A DNA stretch of 64,000 bases from an uncultured cyanobacterium (GTDB lineage Bacteria > Cyanobacteriota > Cyanobacteriia > Cyanobacteriales > Microcystaceae). The notes under the pieces are model-generated. The model was not told the origin of the DNA. It worked only from the letters and a program-made list of their open reading frames with translations, and did no database searches. The stretch lies in contig CAWEDJ010000071.1 in assembly GCA_963807635.1 (NCBI GenBank), positions 1-64,000 of the forward strand, given 5' to 3'. Position numbers and translations under genes: made by a program. This document shows, piece by piece, positions 22,524 to 33,123 of this stretch; the stretch's first letter is position 1, and every line of letters begins with the position of its first letter.

Positions 22524-23648
22524 TTAGGAATGGGTTAAACTATATTCCACTGCTTGCATTAGTCCTTGGGCGAAATAGTCAGGTGAATATTTCTGAATAT
22601 GCTGTAAAGATGCTTCACCCATTTGGGCTAAATCTATTTGCCCAGAACTCATCTTAAGCATTAATTGTGTTAAAGCCTGTTGATTTGTTGGATCAAAACC
22701 AAAACCATTAACTCCTTCTATTACTAAGTCTTCAAAACAGCCACAGCGATTGGACACAAGAACGGGCAAACCTGCGGCCATTGCCTCATTAACCACTAAA
22801 CCCCATTGCTCTTGAACACTGGCATGAATAAAACAATTTGCATGAGCAAAATAGGGAAGTAGCTCTTCTTGTTGTAAAAATCCAGGAAGATGAACAAATT
22901 CAGTTAAGCCAAGCTCATTAATTTGTTTCTCTATTTGAGGGCGCAATTCACCATCGCCACTGAGAACTAAATCCCATAATAGATTGCTACTTTCTTGACG
23001 ATACTGGGCATAAGCCGAGATTAATAAAGATAGATTTTTTTTAGAAATAAAACGGTTAATAGCTAAAAAATAAGATTTATTAATGGGACGAGGAAGATAA
23101 CGAATATTATCAGGATGAAAATTTTTATTTCCTACTACATTATAACCTAAAAAAATTGCATCAGAATTTAATCCTAGCTTAATTAAATATTCCTTATGGG
23201 ATTTTCCACCGACTAAAGCAGATTTGTAACGTTTAATGATTAAAGATTTCAATTGTTCCTTCCATGGACTTCGACACGCATCATCCTCCTTGCTAGGCGA
23301 AAGTAATATACTTTGCTTTTTATTCAACAAGCTCCAGAACAATGCATAAAGCATTGCGGGAAGAGAATATCCACAAATAATCAATATATCAGGATCAATT
23401 TTATTTAAGACTTTTGCAATATTTTTAAATACATTAAATAAACCAAAAAGAGATTGAGTTTCAATAGATTTATCAGAAAGAATGATTCTTTCATAAGAAG
23501 TACTTATATCAGTATTCCATAAATACGTTTTTGAAACTTTTCCTAACTCTATTAAGCTAAAAGAATGAGAAAAAATAATTTTATTAAATGCTAAATAACG
23601 AGCTACAATATAAGGGCCTGAAACAGAGGTAAAAGCGACAATTTTCAT
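22524..23648 (-). CDS. Glycosyltransferase family 4
   Basis: RFISKKN, EQWGLVVNEAMAAG; ATG at 23648 preferred over the overlapping 23681 start. Confidence 0.88.
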   Translation of the reverse strand: MKIVAFTSVSGPYIVARYLAFNKIIFSHSFSLIELGKVSKTYLWNTDISTSYERIILSDKSIETQSLFGLFNVFKNIAKVLNKIDPDILIICGYSLPAMLYALFWSLLNKKQSILLSPSKEDDACRSPWKEQLKSLIIKRYKSALVGGKSHKEYLIKLGLNSDAIFLGYNVVGNKNFHPDNIRYLPRPINKSYFLAINRFISKKNLSLLISAYAQYRQESSNLLWDLVLSGDGELRPQIEKQINELGLTEFVHLPGFLQQEELLPYFAHANCFIHASVQEQWGLVVNEAMAAGLPVLVSNRCGCFEDLVIEGVNGFGFDPTNQQALTQLMLKMSSGQIDLAQMGEASLQHIQKYSPDYFAQGLMQAVEYSLTHS

Positions 23649-23662
23649 CTGAAATATTGTAT

Positions 23663-24316
23663 TTATTGAATAATTGAACAAACCACTCCAATGCCTTCTG
23701 TAATCTGAGGATTAATCTTCAACAATAAATTTGTAGCAGAGGCTAAAATACTTGTACCACCGCCGTTATAAGCGAAACAATTATTTACTTGAAAACCATG
23801 ACGACAAAGAAGATTTTTAAGAGTATATAGTGAATAAAAAGACGTATGATCCTGATGAATTAACTCATGTTTAGCAACTGCACGTAGAAATCCTTTTAAA
23901 GAATAAGCATTAGGAACAGTAATAATTAGCTGAGTTTTTTCTGTAGCTATACGATGAAGACAATCTAATGCTTTACCTGGATTACTAAGATGTTCCAAAA
24001 TTTCTCCAGCAATTATAACATCAAATTTTTGATCAGGATAATCAGTATATACCTCTATATTACCATGTTTTATATTAGTTATATTGTGATTATCTTTGAG
24101 CCATTTAATCATGTCTATACTAAGATCTATACCTATAATTTCTTTACTAATTTGCATAAGCTTGAAATGCAAAAAAATATCAGATTCAATAGCATTTTTT
24201 GTAAAAGGTGCATCAGTAGCTCCTAAATGAAGGATGCTTTTATTTATACATAAACTGCAAATATATTCCTCTCTATTAACAAATTTAATGTTGGATAATG
24301 AACTAGACAACATCAT
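23663..24316 (-). CDS. Class I SAM-dependent methyltransferase
   Basis: ILHLGA, FDVIIAGEILEHL, IITVPN motifs. Confidence 0.8.
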   Translation of the reverse strand: MMLSSSLSNIKFVNREEYICSLCINKSILHLGATDAPFTKNAIESDIFLHFKLMQISKEIIGIDLSIDMIKWLKDNHNITNIKHGNIEVYTDYPDQKFDVIIAGEILEHLSNPGKALDCLHRIATEKTQLIITVPNAYSLKGFLRAVAKHELIHQDHTSFYSLYTLKNLLCRHGFQVNNCFAYNGGGTSILASATNLLLKINPQITEGIGVVCSIIQ

Positions 24317-24461
24317 TTTAAATTTCTCCTAGAATATTGGATAATGAAGGTGTTGAATGTAACTTTCAATTCGAGAAAAATAACAAGAACAAAGATTAGT
24401 AAATATAATTCTAATCTTAAGACTCATCGTATTATTTTATTAATTATGATCTGAGTTTTAT

Positions 24462-25751
24462 TTAATTTACAGATAGAGTTTTAACCTCTACCTTAGCGTA
24501 ATAAATAACCAAACTAATCACTCCTGCTTGAAAAACAGTTTCTTGTAAAAATCGTCCTATTCCATGAGTTAAACCTACCATTGCAGAGCTAATCAATCCC
24601 ATGTAAAGTAATGAACTCATAAGACTTTTGTGATAGCAAGCTGAGATCCAAAGATTTTTAAAAAAATAAGCTATTAAAGCAAAAGCTATGCACCCGAAAT
24701 ATCCAAATTCCATAAAAGAATCCGCTATACCAGTTTGTGTTGTTCCAGGGTGCCAAGAATAACCATATAGATCGTACAAAGTACTATTAGCTAAAGTTGG
24801 ATTATTAGGATTGCTTAGTAAATTAAATTGTAAAGATTGTTTGAAATTAAATCCTAATAGTTGTCCAGGAATTAATGTTTGAATAATTGCATCCCACCAT
24901 CCTGCTCCCAATCCATATAAATTAAGACGTACAGTTGCATCTATCAAGAATGCCGCATTTCTCAACTCTAAAATAGCCCCTTTTTGTTGAGTATTTAATT
25001 CTTTTTGGCTAGTAGATAATATTTCTTGCCACTGCCCACTAGATAAGGCATTCCAAAAACTACCGCGCATTTTACCAATAGTGGGTATAAGAATCATCAT
25101 CAAGAATATTGATCCAATAACTAGCCAACGTGGGGGCGTATAACGGCGTATAAGCCAAAAAGATATACCTACCATAATTACTAATACCATTGTTGTTTGT
25201 CTTCTCCCGACAAGAATTCTTTGAATAGGAATCCACGCAGTACATAAGGTAAAAATAATATTTTTAATGGAAGGTTTTTTTAGCATTTCTAAAAGAAAGA
25301 TTGAAAAAGAAACATAAATAGTTTTACCTAAAAAAGTATAGATGGTACCTACACCTGTCATAGCACCGCCTGATGTAATTTCAGTGTCACTATTTGCTCT
25401 TGCAAAATAGAATACATAACTAATCACCATTAAAACAATGGCTGCTCGAAATATTTTTTTTGTGTCAACATCAATTTGAAATTTAGTTAACCATTTTAGA
25501 TTAGGTTTTCCTTGATAGCCAACCCAGCAAGCCGCAGCGCAGAGAGATGACATTAACAACACTCTTTCTAAAGATTCTTGATCTAGTTTCCCTGGATTTT
25601 CTACTAAAGCAAATGCTTGGGGGACGAGGAAAGAAAGAAAAATTGCTCCCATAAAAAAAGGATATTGATAAATTCGCTCAATACGAATAAATCCCCAACA
25701 TAGCAAGCCTAAGCAAATTATAACTAATAGATTGCGATAAATTTCAGCCAT
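24462..25751 (-). CDS. Polytopic membrane protein, probable Wzy-type polysaccharide polymerase
   Basis: About 10 hydrophobic segments, GRR motif, large periplasmic loop, ADSFMEFGYFG; located inside the GT cluster. Confidence 0.55.
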   Translation of the reverse strand: MAEIYRNLLVIICLGLLCWGFIRIERIYQYPFFMGAIFLSFLVPQAFALVENPGKLDQESLERVLLMSSLCAAACWVGYQGKPNLKWLTKFQIDVDTKKIFRAAIVLMVISYVFYFARANSDTEITSGGAMTGVGTIYTFLGKTIYVSFSIFLLEMLKKPSIKNIIFTLCTAWIPIQRILVGRRQTTMVLVIMVGISFWLIRRYTPPRWLVIGSIFLMMILIPTIGKMRGSFWNALSSGQWQEILSTSQKELNTQQKGAILELRNAAFLIDATVRLNLYGLGAGWWDAIIQTLIPGQLLGFNFKQSLQFNLLSNPNNPTLANSTLYDLYGYSWHPGTTQTGIADSFMEFGYFGCIAFALIAYFFKNLWISACYHKSLMSSLLYMGLISSAMVGLTHGIGRFLQETVFQAGVISLVIYYAKVEVKTLSVN

Positions 25752-25774
25752 AGTAAATATGATTTTAATATTAC

Positions 25775-26980
25775 TTACAAAAAACTAAGGAGTTTACGTC
25801 GAAAATTGTTCCAAGGGAAACGTTTAGCGCAAGCTCTTGCATGGTCACGAATTTGATTATTATTTAATAGTTTTTCTCCTAAATATTCTATTTGATAAAT
25901 TAGGTTATCTATGTTTCCTACTTCTGTTAAAAAAATACCATCTTTTTCTTCGCCCAAGTCAGGTAAGCAAGTATTAGTAGTTCCCAAAACAGGACAACCA
26001 TAACTAAGAGATTCTAAAAAAACTTGACCAAACCCCTCTACTAAAGAAGGCATTATAAATAGATGACTGGTTTCATAGAGATTGCGTAATGTTTGCTTAT
26101 CTGTACCTCTAATTAATCTAACATTTGATGTTTTGCGGATGAGGAATTCTATTCTAGGATCTAAGTTTCTGCAAACTAAAATAAGTTGACTACCTTTAGG
26201 TAACTGCGATCGCGACCAGGCATAAAGTAAATGATGTAAACCTTTTCTCTGAATTCCAGAACCAACAAAGAGGGCCTGAAAAGGATCCGAATTTGGTTCT
26301 TTAAACGGTGGTAAAGGGGATTCAGCTCCGTAGGGAATAACGTGACACAAATTAGGTTCTACTCCAGCCGAAAGAAGAGTTTTTTTAGTAAAGCTACTGG
26401 CACATAAAATTTGATCCGCATATTTCCAACAATCTCGTATTCTCGTTTGAAGTTTCTCTGGCAAATCATTACTAGTTTGTTCTTTATAAAATTTTGCAAT
26501 AAGTGGAAAATCTTTAAAATCTTCTGCTAATAAAGAGGATTCAAATTCAATATGAGGATGATAAGCAAATAAAATTTTATGGGGATCATGACGATAACTG
26601 GTGAGAAAAGCTTCCCAAGCATACGGAGTATAAAGCAATAAATCACTTTTTGTTTTTTTTGCCTGTGATATAACTGCATGAGAAAAATGTTGATCCAAGC
26701 AAGCAAAAGTAGAAGATTTAGAGAAGCCTAAACAATGACGACTATATTCCAGCAAAGTAGTTTTCCATAGAGATTTTATCTTCTCTGGAGGAATTTGGGG
26801 TTCTAAACGAAATTTACATTTATCTTGCCAGTTGCGTCTCAAAATTGGAGCTATTTGTTGTAAAAACTTATTCGTATAAAAATCTGTAATAAATTGATCA
26901 AGTTTCCCTGATTCAGCAAGGGCTAATGGAATTTGATAATTATCTCTGCGACCTCGAAAAGCACAGATATATTCGTTCAT
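25775..26980 (-). CDS. Glycosyltransferase family 4
   Basis: FVGSGIQRKG, PSLVEGFGQVFLESLSYG. Confidence 0.88.
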   Translation of the reverse strand: MNEYICAFRGRRDNYQIPLALAESGKLDQFITDFYTNKFLQQIAPILRRNWQDKCKFRLEPQIPPEKIKSLWKTTLLEYSRHCLGFSKSSTFACLDQHFSHAVISQAKKTKSDLLLYTPYAWEAFLTSYRHDPHKILFAYHPHIEFESSLLAEDFKDFPLIAKFYKEQTSNDLPEKLQTRIRDCWKYADQILCASSFTKKTLLSAGVEPNLCHVIPYGAESPLPPFKEPNSDPFQALFVGSGIQRKGLHHLLYAWSRSQLPKGSQLILVCRNLDPRIEFLIRKTSNVRLIRGTDKQTLRNLYETSHLFIMPSLVEGFGQVFLESLSYGCPVLGTTNTCLPDLGEEKDGIFLTEVGNIDNLIYQIEYLGEKLLNNNQIRDHARACAKRFPWNNFRRKLLSFL

Positions 26981-26989
26981 AAATTAATA

Positions 26990-28186
26990 CTAAATAATTG
27001 ATTTTTTGTCATCTTCAATCCAAGAATTTATAAAACCCTCAATTGATTTATTTGCATAATCATTCGCGAAGTTTTTATGATTACTAAATATGATATTCTC
27101 TAAATTTTGTACTTGATTTACAAAATCTTGTTCTCCTTCAAACGAATAGATACTATCAAACTTTTCTGCCATTTTTTCTAGCCATCCATATTTAGATACT
27201 AGTGCTGGTGTCTTACAAGCTATTGCTCTTAGTAACATACTTGCTATACCAAAGTGAATATTACGATAAGGCAATAATACTAAATCAAAACAGCTAATAA
27301 TTTCGTGCATTTCTTGAAGAGAAAGAAAACGATTTATCGTTATAAGATTAGTACTTACGTTATGTATTTTTAATAAATCTTTTATTTGATTAGAAACGGT
27401 TCCTGCTAATACAAAAGTAATATCATCTCGCTTTATTTCCGAAGTAGTACGAATAATAATATCAGCACCTTTTCGATGATCAATCATGCCAGTCATTCCA
27501 ACGAGATAACCCTTTATTGGTAAGTGCCATTTAATTTTTAATTGTTCAGTCTCTGTATTTAAAGTAAAGTTTTCAACGGGATCAGGCATATACTGAATAT
27601 TATCAAATCCTGAATTTTGTAACTGTGCCGCAAAAAATTCATCGTTAATGAGTACTTTATCAAAGCTTAATAAACTAATATCAAATATTTTTTGTCCAAG
27701 AAAAGAAGTTTTTGTATAAAAAATTTTATACGACGCAAGAAATCCATAAATTTTGGTTTTATTTCCCAAAATCCATACTAGAGGCTTAAAAAATGTTCCT
27801 AAATATATTAAGCCATCAATAGAAGGAAGGATTACAATACTTGGGCGGAATCTAATAATAATAAATAAAAGAAATATAAATTTTTCTATAATATAAGGAA
27901 GAAAACTAATTTTTTTTATTAGACTGGGGGCATTTACAAAATTAAATTTTGGTATTAAATCTTTAAAAAAATAAATGTCTTTAATTTTTTCTTTGTCTAT
28001 ATTATTTTCAATAAAAAAGTGATTAAACTCATTTCCATAGGTTGCAATACTTACTTCTTTATTTTTTTGAGAAAAAGCTTGGGATAACAATCTTGTGAAA
28101 TTTCCACAGTGTCCATTCAAACGAGGTTCCAGTATAAATATTTTTTGAGCTATCTTCATGGGATAAATAAAAGTTAGAATTGTCAA
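26990..28186 (-). CDS. GT-B fold glycosyltransferase (GT4-like)
   Basis: GH near the N-terminus, MPDP, GMIDHRKG, LLPY...SMLLRAIA; start may be ATG 28159. Confidence 0.75.
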   Translation of the reverse strand: MTILTFIYPMKIAQKIFILEPRLNGHCGNFTRLLSQAFSQKNKEVSIATYGNEFNHFFIENNIDKEKIKDIYFFKDLIPKFNFVNAPSLIKKISFLPYIIEKFIFLLFIIIRFRPSIVILPSIDGLIYLGTFFKPLVWILGNKTKIYGFLASYKIFYTKTSFLGQKIFDISLLSFDKVLINDEFFAAQLQNSGFDNIQYMPDPVENFTLNTETEQLKIKWHLPIKGYLVGMTGMIDHRKGADIIIRTTSEIKRDDITFVLAGTVSNQIKDLLKIHNVSTNLITINRFLSLQEMHEIISCFDLVLLPYRNIHFGIASMLLRAIACKTPALVSKYGWLEKMAEKFDSIYSFEGEQDFVNQVQNLENIIFSNHKNFANDYANKSIEGFINSWIEDDKKSII

Positions 28187-29133
28187 TTTATGGAAAAATT
28201 ATTATTTTCGAGCTTTATTAATCCTGAAATTGTCATCGTATAGCCTTTTTTTCGTAAAATATTACATTTAGTCACTATAAATTTATTGAAATTATTGGTA
28301 AATAAGTAAGGAGAACTTAAGTAAGATCCTAACAGATATAACCAAGCTTTTATGAATAGTGCCATATAAATAAAAAGTGATTTATTATGCTTAATTTTCA
28401 TTGTCGCATCTGAAATACCTTGCCAATAGGCTCGTTGATAAAACCATTCTGCCTGTAATCGACTAGCTTGAATTTGGTGCTGAACCGAGATCTGAGGATC
28501 ATAAAAACAAACATATCCTTGATTTTGAATACGTTTTTGAACCATAATATCTCCATTGGATAAAAGATTTTTTCCCTGCCGATCTAACCCAACTTCAAAA
28601 CCTCCGATAGATTGTAAAATATTTTTATCAAAAGCAAAATTAACTCCATAAAGAAATTGCCCCTTAGATAAAATCGTAGAGATAGGAGAAATGTCGAGAA
28701 TTGCTAAGTAGCCGAGTAAATTATCAGATAACCATTCTGGACGATCGCTTTCCCATAATGGATCGATTTTTCCCCCTACACATCCAACATTAGGCGCGGA
28801 ATGTTGAAATACATTGACGATATTTTCTAGCCATTGGGGTGAGGCGATCGCATCATCATCTAAATAAGCAATATATTTTCCACGAGAATTTTCTAGCCCA
28901 GTATTACGAGCATAATTTAATCCTGTTTGTGGTTCATATACATAAAAAATATTTCCCAAAAATGCAAATTCCTGCGTTGCAATTTCTTTTGTTTTATCGA
29001 TTGAACCATTGTCAATTATAAGGATTTCAAATTTTTCACAAGATAAAGTTTGATTAACTAAGCTTTGTAAAGCACTTCTGAGATAGTAATCTCGATTTAA
29101 GGTACAGATAACGACAGATATTTGAGGATTCAT
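28183..29133 (-). CDS. Glycosyltransferase family 2
   Basis: ISVVICTLNR, IDNGS, YLDDD. Confidence 0.9.
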   Translation of the reverse strand: MNPQISVVICTLNRDYYLRSALQSLVNQTLSCEKFEILIIDNGSIDKTKEIATQEFAFLGNIFYVYEPQTGLNYARNTGLENSRGKYIAYLDDDAIASPQWLENIVNVFQHSAPNVGCVGGKIDPLWESDRPEWLSDNLLGYLAILDISPISTILSKGQFLYGVNFAFDKNILQSIGGFEVGLDRQGKNLLSNGDIMVQKRIQNQGYVCFYDPQISVQHQIQASRLQAEWFYQRAYWQGISDATMKIKHNKSLFIYMALFIKAWLYLLGSYLSSPYLFTNNFNKFIVTKCNILRKKGYTMTISGLIKLENNNFSIN

Positions 29134-29248
29134 ACTTTATCTTTTTGAGAATTTATTAATATGACAATTGAGATTTGTCTTACTTTATGCAAACTCTTTT
29201 TTACAATTAATAATCGACTTTATCCCCGATTATAGACTACGAGTTTTT

Positions 29249-30187
29249 TTATGAATATTCAAGAACTAACGAGTCAACTAAAAGGCGAAGCCCAGAGACA
29301 ACTGACCATTGCGGTTGAAAGTCTAAAAGCGAGACTATTCTTGATATATCAGCCTGGGAATCTTGAATATCTCCCTGTCGATTAGCGGTAAGGTGAATTT
29401 TTGAGTTTTGTTGACGACAACAATTTTTTAGAATGTCTACAAGCTCAAGTAAAGAAGTTCTTTGACTAGTCCCAACATTGCAACTAAGACAGAAACTTTG
29501 AGGCAGAGGAACTGTTAAAGCTTTAGTAAAAGCAATAGCAACATCTTTGACAAAAATGAAGTCTCTGGTCTGAGATCCATCTCCATAAATCGTTATAGGA
29601 GAACCGTTTTGGATAGCTTTACTGAAGATTGAAATGACACCAGAATAAGGAGAATTAGGGTCTTGACGAGGGCCAAATACGTTGAATAGTCGCAGAGCAA
29701 TAAAAGATATCCCCAACTTTTGAGCAAATAAATTTGCATATTGTTCGCTTACCAATTTTTGTAATCCATAGGGAGAAATAGGACTCGTTGCTTGCTCTTC
29801 GGAAATCGGTAAATGGGTTTTATTTCCATAAACGGCGGCGGAACTGGCAAAGACGAGTCTGGGAATATCTAAAGCTTGACAAAGTAGTAGCACTGCAAGT
29901 ACTGCAGAAAGGTTGTTGTGATGACACTCTAATGGTTCATCCCAGGATTGATTCACGGATGGAGTAGCAGCTAGGTGAGCAATTCCATCAATAGATTGAG
30001 AGAAATCTTCTGGTTGGCAATCTAATATATTTTTGTGTAAAAATTGCAGACGAGGATGCTCAGGTAAATTTTTTAAATTACCAGTAGAAAGGTCATCAAT
30101 TACAGTAACATTATGACCCTCAAACAAAAGTTGTTCTGTTAGATGAGAGCCAATGAAACCCGCACCACCAGTTACTATAATATGCAT
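29249..30187 (-). CDS. NAD-dependent epimerase/dehydratase
   Basis: GGAGFIGSH, YGLQK, FNVFGPRQDPNSPYSGVISIF. Confidence 0.9.
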   Translation of the reverse strand: MHIIVTGGAGFIGSHLTEQLLFEGHNVTVIDDLSTGNLKNLPEHPRLQFLHKNILDCQPEDFSQSIDGIAHLAATPSVNQSWDEPLECHHNNLSAVLAVLLLCQALDIPRLVFASSAAVYGNKTHLPISEEQATSPISPYGLQKLVSEQYANLFAQKLGISFIALRLFNVFGPRQDPNSPYSGVISIFSKAIQNGSPITIYGDGSQTRDFIFVKDVAIAFTKALTVPLPQSFCLSCNVGTSQRTSLLELVDILKNCCRQQNSKIHLTANRQGDIQDSQADISRIVSLLDFQPQWSVVSGLRLLVDSLVLEYS

Positions 30188-30275
30188 AAATTTAAAAAGA
30201 AGAAAATGCAAAGCCTGAAAAAAAATATATGCAAACATGATTAATTTTTATAGCAACAATTCACTACTATTATTC

Positions 30276-31241
30276 TTATTCATGTTCTATCACACTATTA
30301 TCTTTGGTGAAATTTAGCATTGAATCTACTAAACTAATAAATGTTTTTATATTTTTTCTGCATTTTTTAATGACTTCATAAAAAGTAGGATACCTATAGG
30401 GAAAAATAGCAATATTAAATGCTTGCCAAACTTTAATATCTTTAATTTTTTGTTTCTCTAAATACTTGTCTAACCAGTTCAAGAAAATTAAATATGTAGC
30501 ATTGGGTTGTGACTTACTGTAGAGTCCCAATGTTTCTGAAACATAACAAGTGCTATTCGGATGTTGGCGATACTTGTCCCAACAACCACTTTCAATAAAA
30601 ACAGGTGCATTGAGACAGCATTTGTAAAAGAAAGCTTGATCTTCATACATTCCTCGAAAAGATTCCTCGAACTCTCCAACCTTTTTAATTAGTTCACGTC
30701 GAATGAGTACACTACACGTACCAGGTGTTTCTGCTTTACGTTGTAAAAAAAGTCTGAGCAGTATTGGTGGCTGAACCAATACGTCCGTTTGAAAACCCAA
30801 TCTTCGCTGCCGATCGCGCTTTACATCTTCAGGATTTCCCGTCCAACTGTGCCACATTAAAGTAGAGCCATAGACCATACCAGCTTCGGGATGAGCTTCT
30901 AAAATTTCCACCTGTTTTTCTAATTTCTGTGGTAACCAGATGTCATCTGCATCTAGAAAAGCAATATACTCTCCTTTAGCGTGGTGAATACCCAGATTGC
31001 GCGCTGCACTCATACCGCGATTTTGGTGTCCTTCATGCTCTACGTAACGTACTTTTTCTGGATATTGTTGAGCATATTGCAACGCTATTTCGGTACTTTT
31101 GTCACTTGAACCATCGTCTGCTAGTAATAGTTCCCAATGGCCATAGGTTTGGGCAAAGACGCTTTCTATTGCCTCTATGAAAAACTTCTCGCCAGCATTA
31201 AAAAAAATGACGATACAGGAAACTAAAGGTTTATTATTCAT
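30276..31241 (-). CDS. Glycosyltransferase family 2
   Basis: DDGSSD, AARNLG, FLDADD, YEDQ. Confidence 0.9.
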   Translation of the reverse strand: MNNKPLVSCIVIFFNAGEKFFIEAIESVFAQTYGHWELLLADDGSSDKSTEIALQYAQQYPEKVRYVEHEGHQNRGMSAARNLGIHHAKGEYIAFLDADDIWLPQKLEKQVEILEAHPEAGMVYGSTLMWHSWTGNPEDVKRDRQRRLGFQTDVLVQPPILLRLFLQRKAETPGTCSVLIRRELIKKVGEFEESFRGMYEDQAFFYKCCLNAPVFIESGCWDKYRQHPNSTCYVSETLGLYSKSQPNATYLIFLNWLDKYLEKQKIKDIKVWQAFNIAIFPYRYPTFYEVIKKCRKNIKTFISLVDSMLNFTKDNSVIEHE

Positions 31242-31245
31242 TTTT

Positions 31246-32283
31246 TTAGTGATTAAACCACTCTAATAATCGATTTGCAAATTCTTTCCTATGCCAATTC
31301 TCGACAGCAAAGCGAGGTAATTGAAAAGGATCACTCTTTTGCCAGACAAATTCTTCAAAAGTCGAGCAAGCACAGTCAAATCCAGCAGAGCGAGTTAATT
31401 CAACGGTCTCTACGGTGCGATCGCCAAAGGGATAAGAGAAGCTCGTCACGGGACGATTGAGCATCTGTTCTAAATCTATTTTGCTTTGCTTTATTTCATC
31501 TCGTTGCAATGCAGTCGTTTGTGCTGAGAGAAAAGGATGAGTAACGGTATGACCTCCAATTTCCACTAATTCCCCTTCTGCTAAGGCGGATAACTCTTTA
31601 GGTAAAAGGGAACGATAAGTAGCGCGTGGTGTTGGTTCAGCCACAGCCCATTCAAGGATTTCGTCTAGTATCCTTTGGCGTTCCTTTTCTAACAAAGGTC
31701 GCAATATTTGCCAAATTGAATAATACAAAGACATTCGAGAACCTGATTTCGCTTCCCAGGCTTTACAAGTGCGATCGCGTTGATAATCTTGTTCAGTATA
31801 ATTTACTGCTTGATCCAAGTTCCATTGATAAACATTGCCATCAATATTGAGAGACAGTTTTTCTGGTAATTTTCTGGGTTGTAAAAGCAATCGCTCTAAT
31901 TCATCCCACCAAAACTCACGATTCTGTCCAATAGAACCAGTACTAATGAAAAAAGTCGCTGGAATCTTGTATTTTTCTAATAAAGGTTTAGCATTGTAAA
32001 GATTATCTGCATAACCGTCATCAAAGGTGACAACCACTGCTCGATCTGGAAGTTTATTCTCTCGCAGAGCTTCTACCAATTGCTGAAGGCTAAGGGGACG
32101 ATAGTATTTTTGTAAAACTTCTAGATGTTCGGCAAAATGTGATGGTGTCACACATAAAGACCAAGGATTTATCTCTACCTCAGCGACACGATGGTACATC
32201 AAAATCAATCCTTTGGAAGAAGCTAGTTTTTTCTGTAGCCGTGTTAATATTCGCTGTAATTTGTCTCTTCTAAAAATTTTCAT
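31246..32283 (-). CDS. Polysaccharide deacetylase (NodB/CE4)
   Basis: LMYHRV, TFDDGY, HTVTH, FSYPFG. Confidence 0.9.
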   Translation of the reverse strand: MKIFRRDKLQRILTRLQKKLASSKGLILMYHRVAEVEINPWSLCVTPSHFAEHLEVLQKYYRPLSLQQLVEALRENKLPDRAVVVTFDDGYADNLYNAKPLLEKYKIPATFFISTGSIGQNREFWWDELERLLLQPRKLPEKLSLNIDGNVYQWNLDQAVNYTEQDYQRDRTCKAWEAKSGSRMSLYYSIWQILRPLLEKERQRILDEILEWAVAEPTPRATYRSLLPKELSALAEGELVEIGGHTVTHPFLSAQTTALQRDEIKQSKIDLEQMLNRPVTSFSYPFGDRTVETVELTRSAGFDCACSTFEEFVWQKSDPFQLPRFAVENWHRKEFANRLLEWFNH

Positions 32284-33065
32284 TAACTAACCTTAGGTTT
32301 CACTGCTCTAACGGTTATCAAGACTTGATAGCTAGGATCACGATAATTCAACTCTTTTGAATTGAGTTCCTGGCTAGATAATCCCTGCAAAAAAGCTGTA
32401 GCTGTCAACACATTTCCATAGGTCTCTACTTGAATATTCTCCTTGGGAAATGCTTCTAAAAAAAGTCGTTGGGTAGAGGCTGTTGTAAAACCCCAATACC
32501 AACAAGATGAACCCCAACTTTTATCATCTTTTCCAGGATCTAATATTGGAGTAAGATTCGGAAGAGTTGCCAACAAAACTCCGCCAGGTTTTAAAATGCG
32601 ATAAATTGTTTTCACTGCGCTTCGCACATCATAGAGATATTGCAGTGTTTGAGTCAGGATAAAGCAGTCAAAGGTATCAGATGGAATTTGAGGAGCATTA
32701 GTGAGGTCTCCAACTATCGTGGCTTTTGGGTTGTCTTCTATCGCATGAAGCACATCGCTTTTAGTGACGCGATCGCCCCCATATTTATTGGTATAAGAGC
32801 TATCTCCAATTTCCAAGACACGCCCTTTAATCTCATCAGAATGACTGGCAAGAAAATTCTCAATATAGTAGCGATCAATTGGTTGTCCTCGTTCTATCCC
32901 CCAATTATTGCTAATCGGTTTTAATCGTCGCAGATCTCCCATGCGGACACGATCCAACGGAGGATCGAGTTTAAGTACTTGCCATTGAGTTTTAATCCAG
33001 TGGAAAACAGAAGATGGCAATGTTTGTTGTGCTATTAACTTTAATTGCTGGTTATTGATCATCAT
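32283..33065 (-). CDS. SAM-dependent methyltransferase (type 11-like)
   Basis: RGQPIDRYYIE, VLEIG, FDCFILTQTL, RILKPGG. Confidence 0.82.
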   Translation of the reverse strand: MMINNQQLKLIAQQTLPSSVFHWIKTQWQVLKLDPPLDRVRMGDLRRLKPISNNWGIERGQPIDRYYIENFLASHSDEIKGRVLEIGDSSYTNKYGGDRVTKSDVLHAIEDNPKATIVGDLTNAPQIPSDTFDCFILTQTLQYLYDVRSAVKTIYRILKPGGVLLATLPNLTPILDPGKDDKSWGSSCWYWGFTTASTQRLFLEAFPKENIQVETYGNVLTATAFLQGLSSQELNSKELNYRDPSYQVLITVRAVKPKVS

Positions 33066-33123
33066 TGCTTCTATTTGTTCTTGTAGGCGAAAAAATATAT
33101 TTAGCGAATTAATTGAGTTGCCT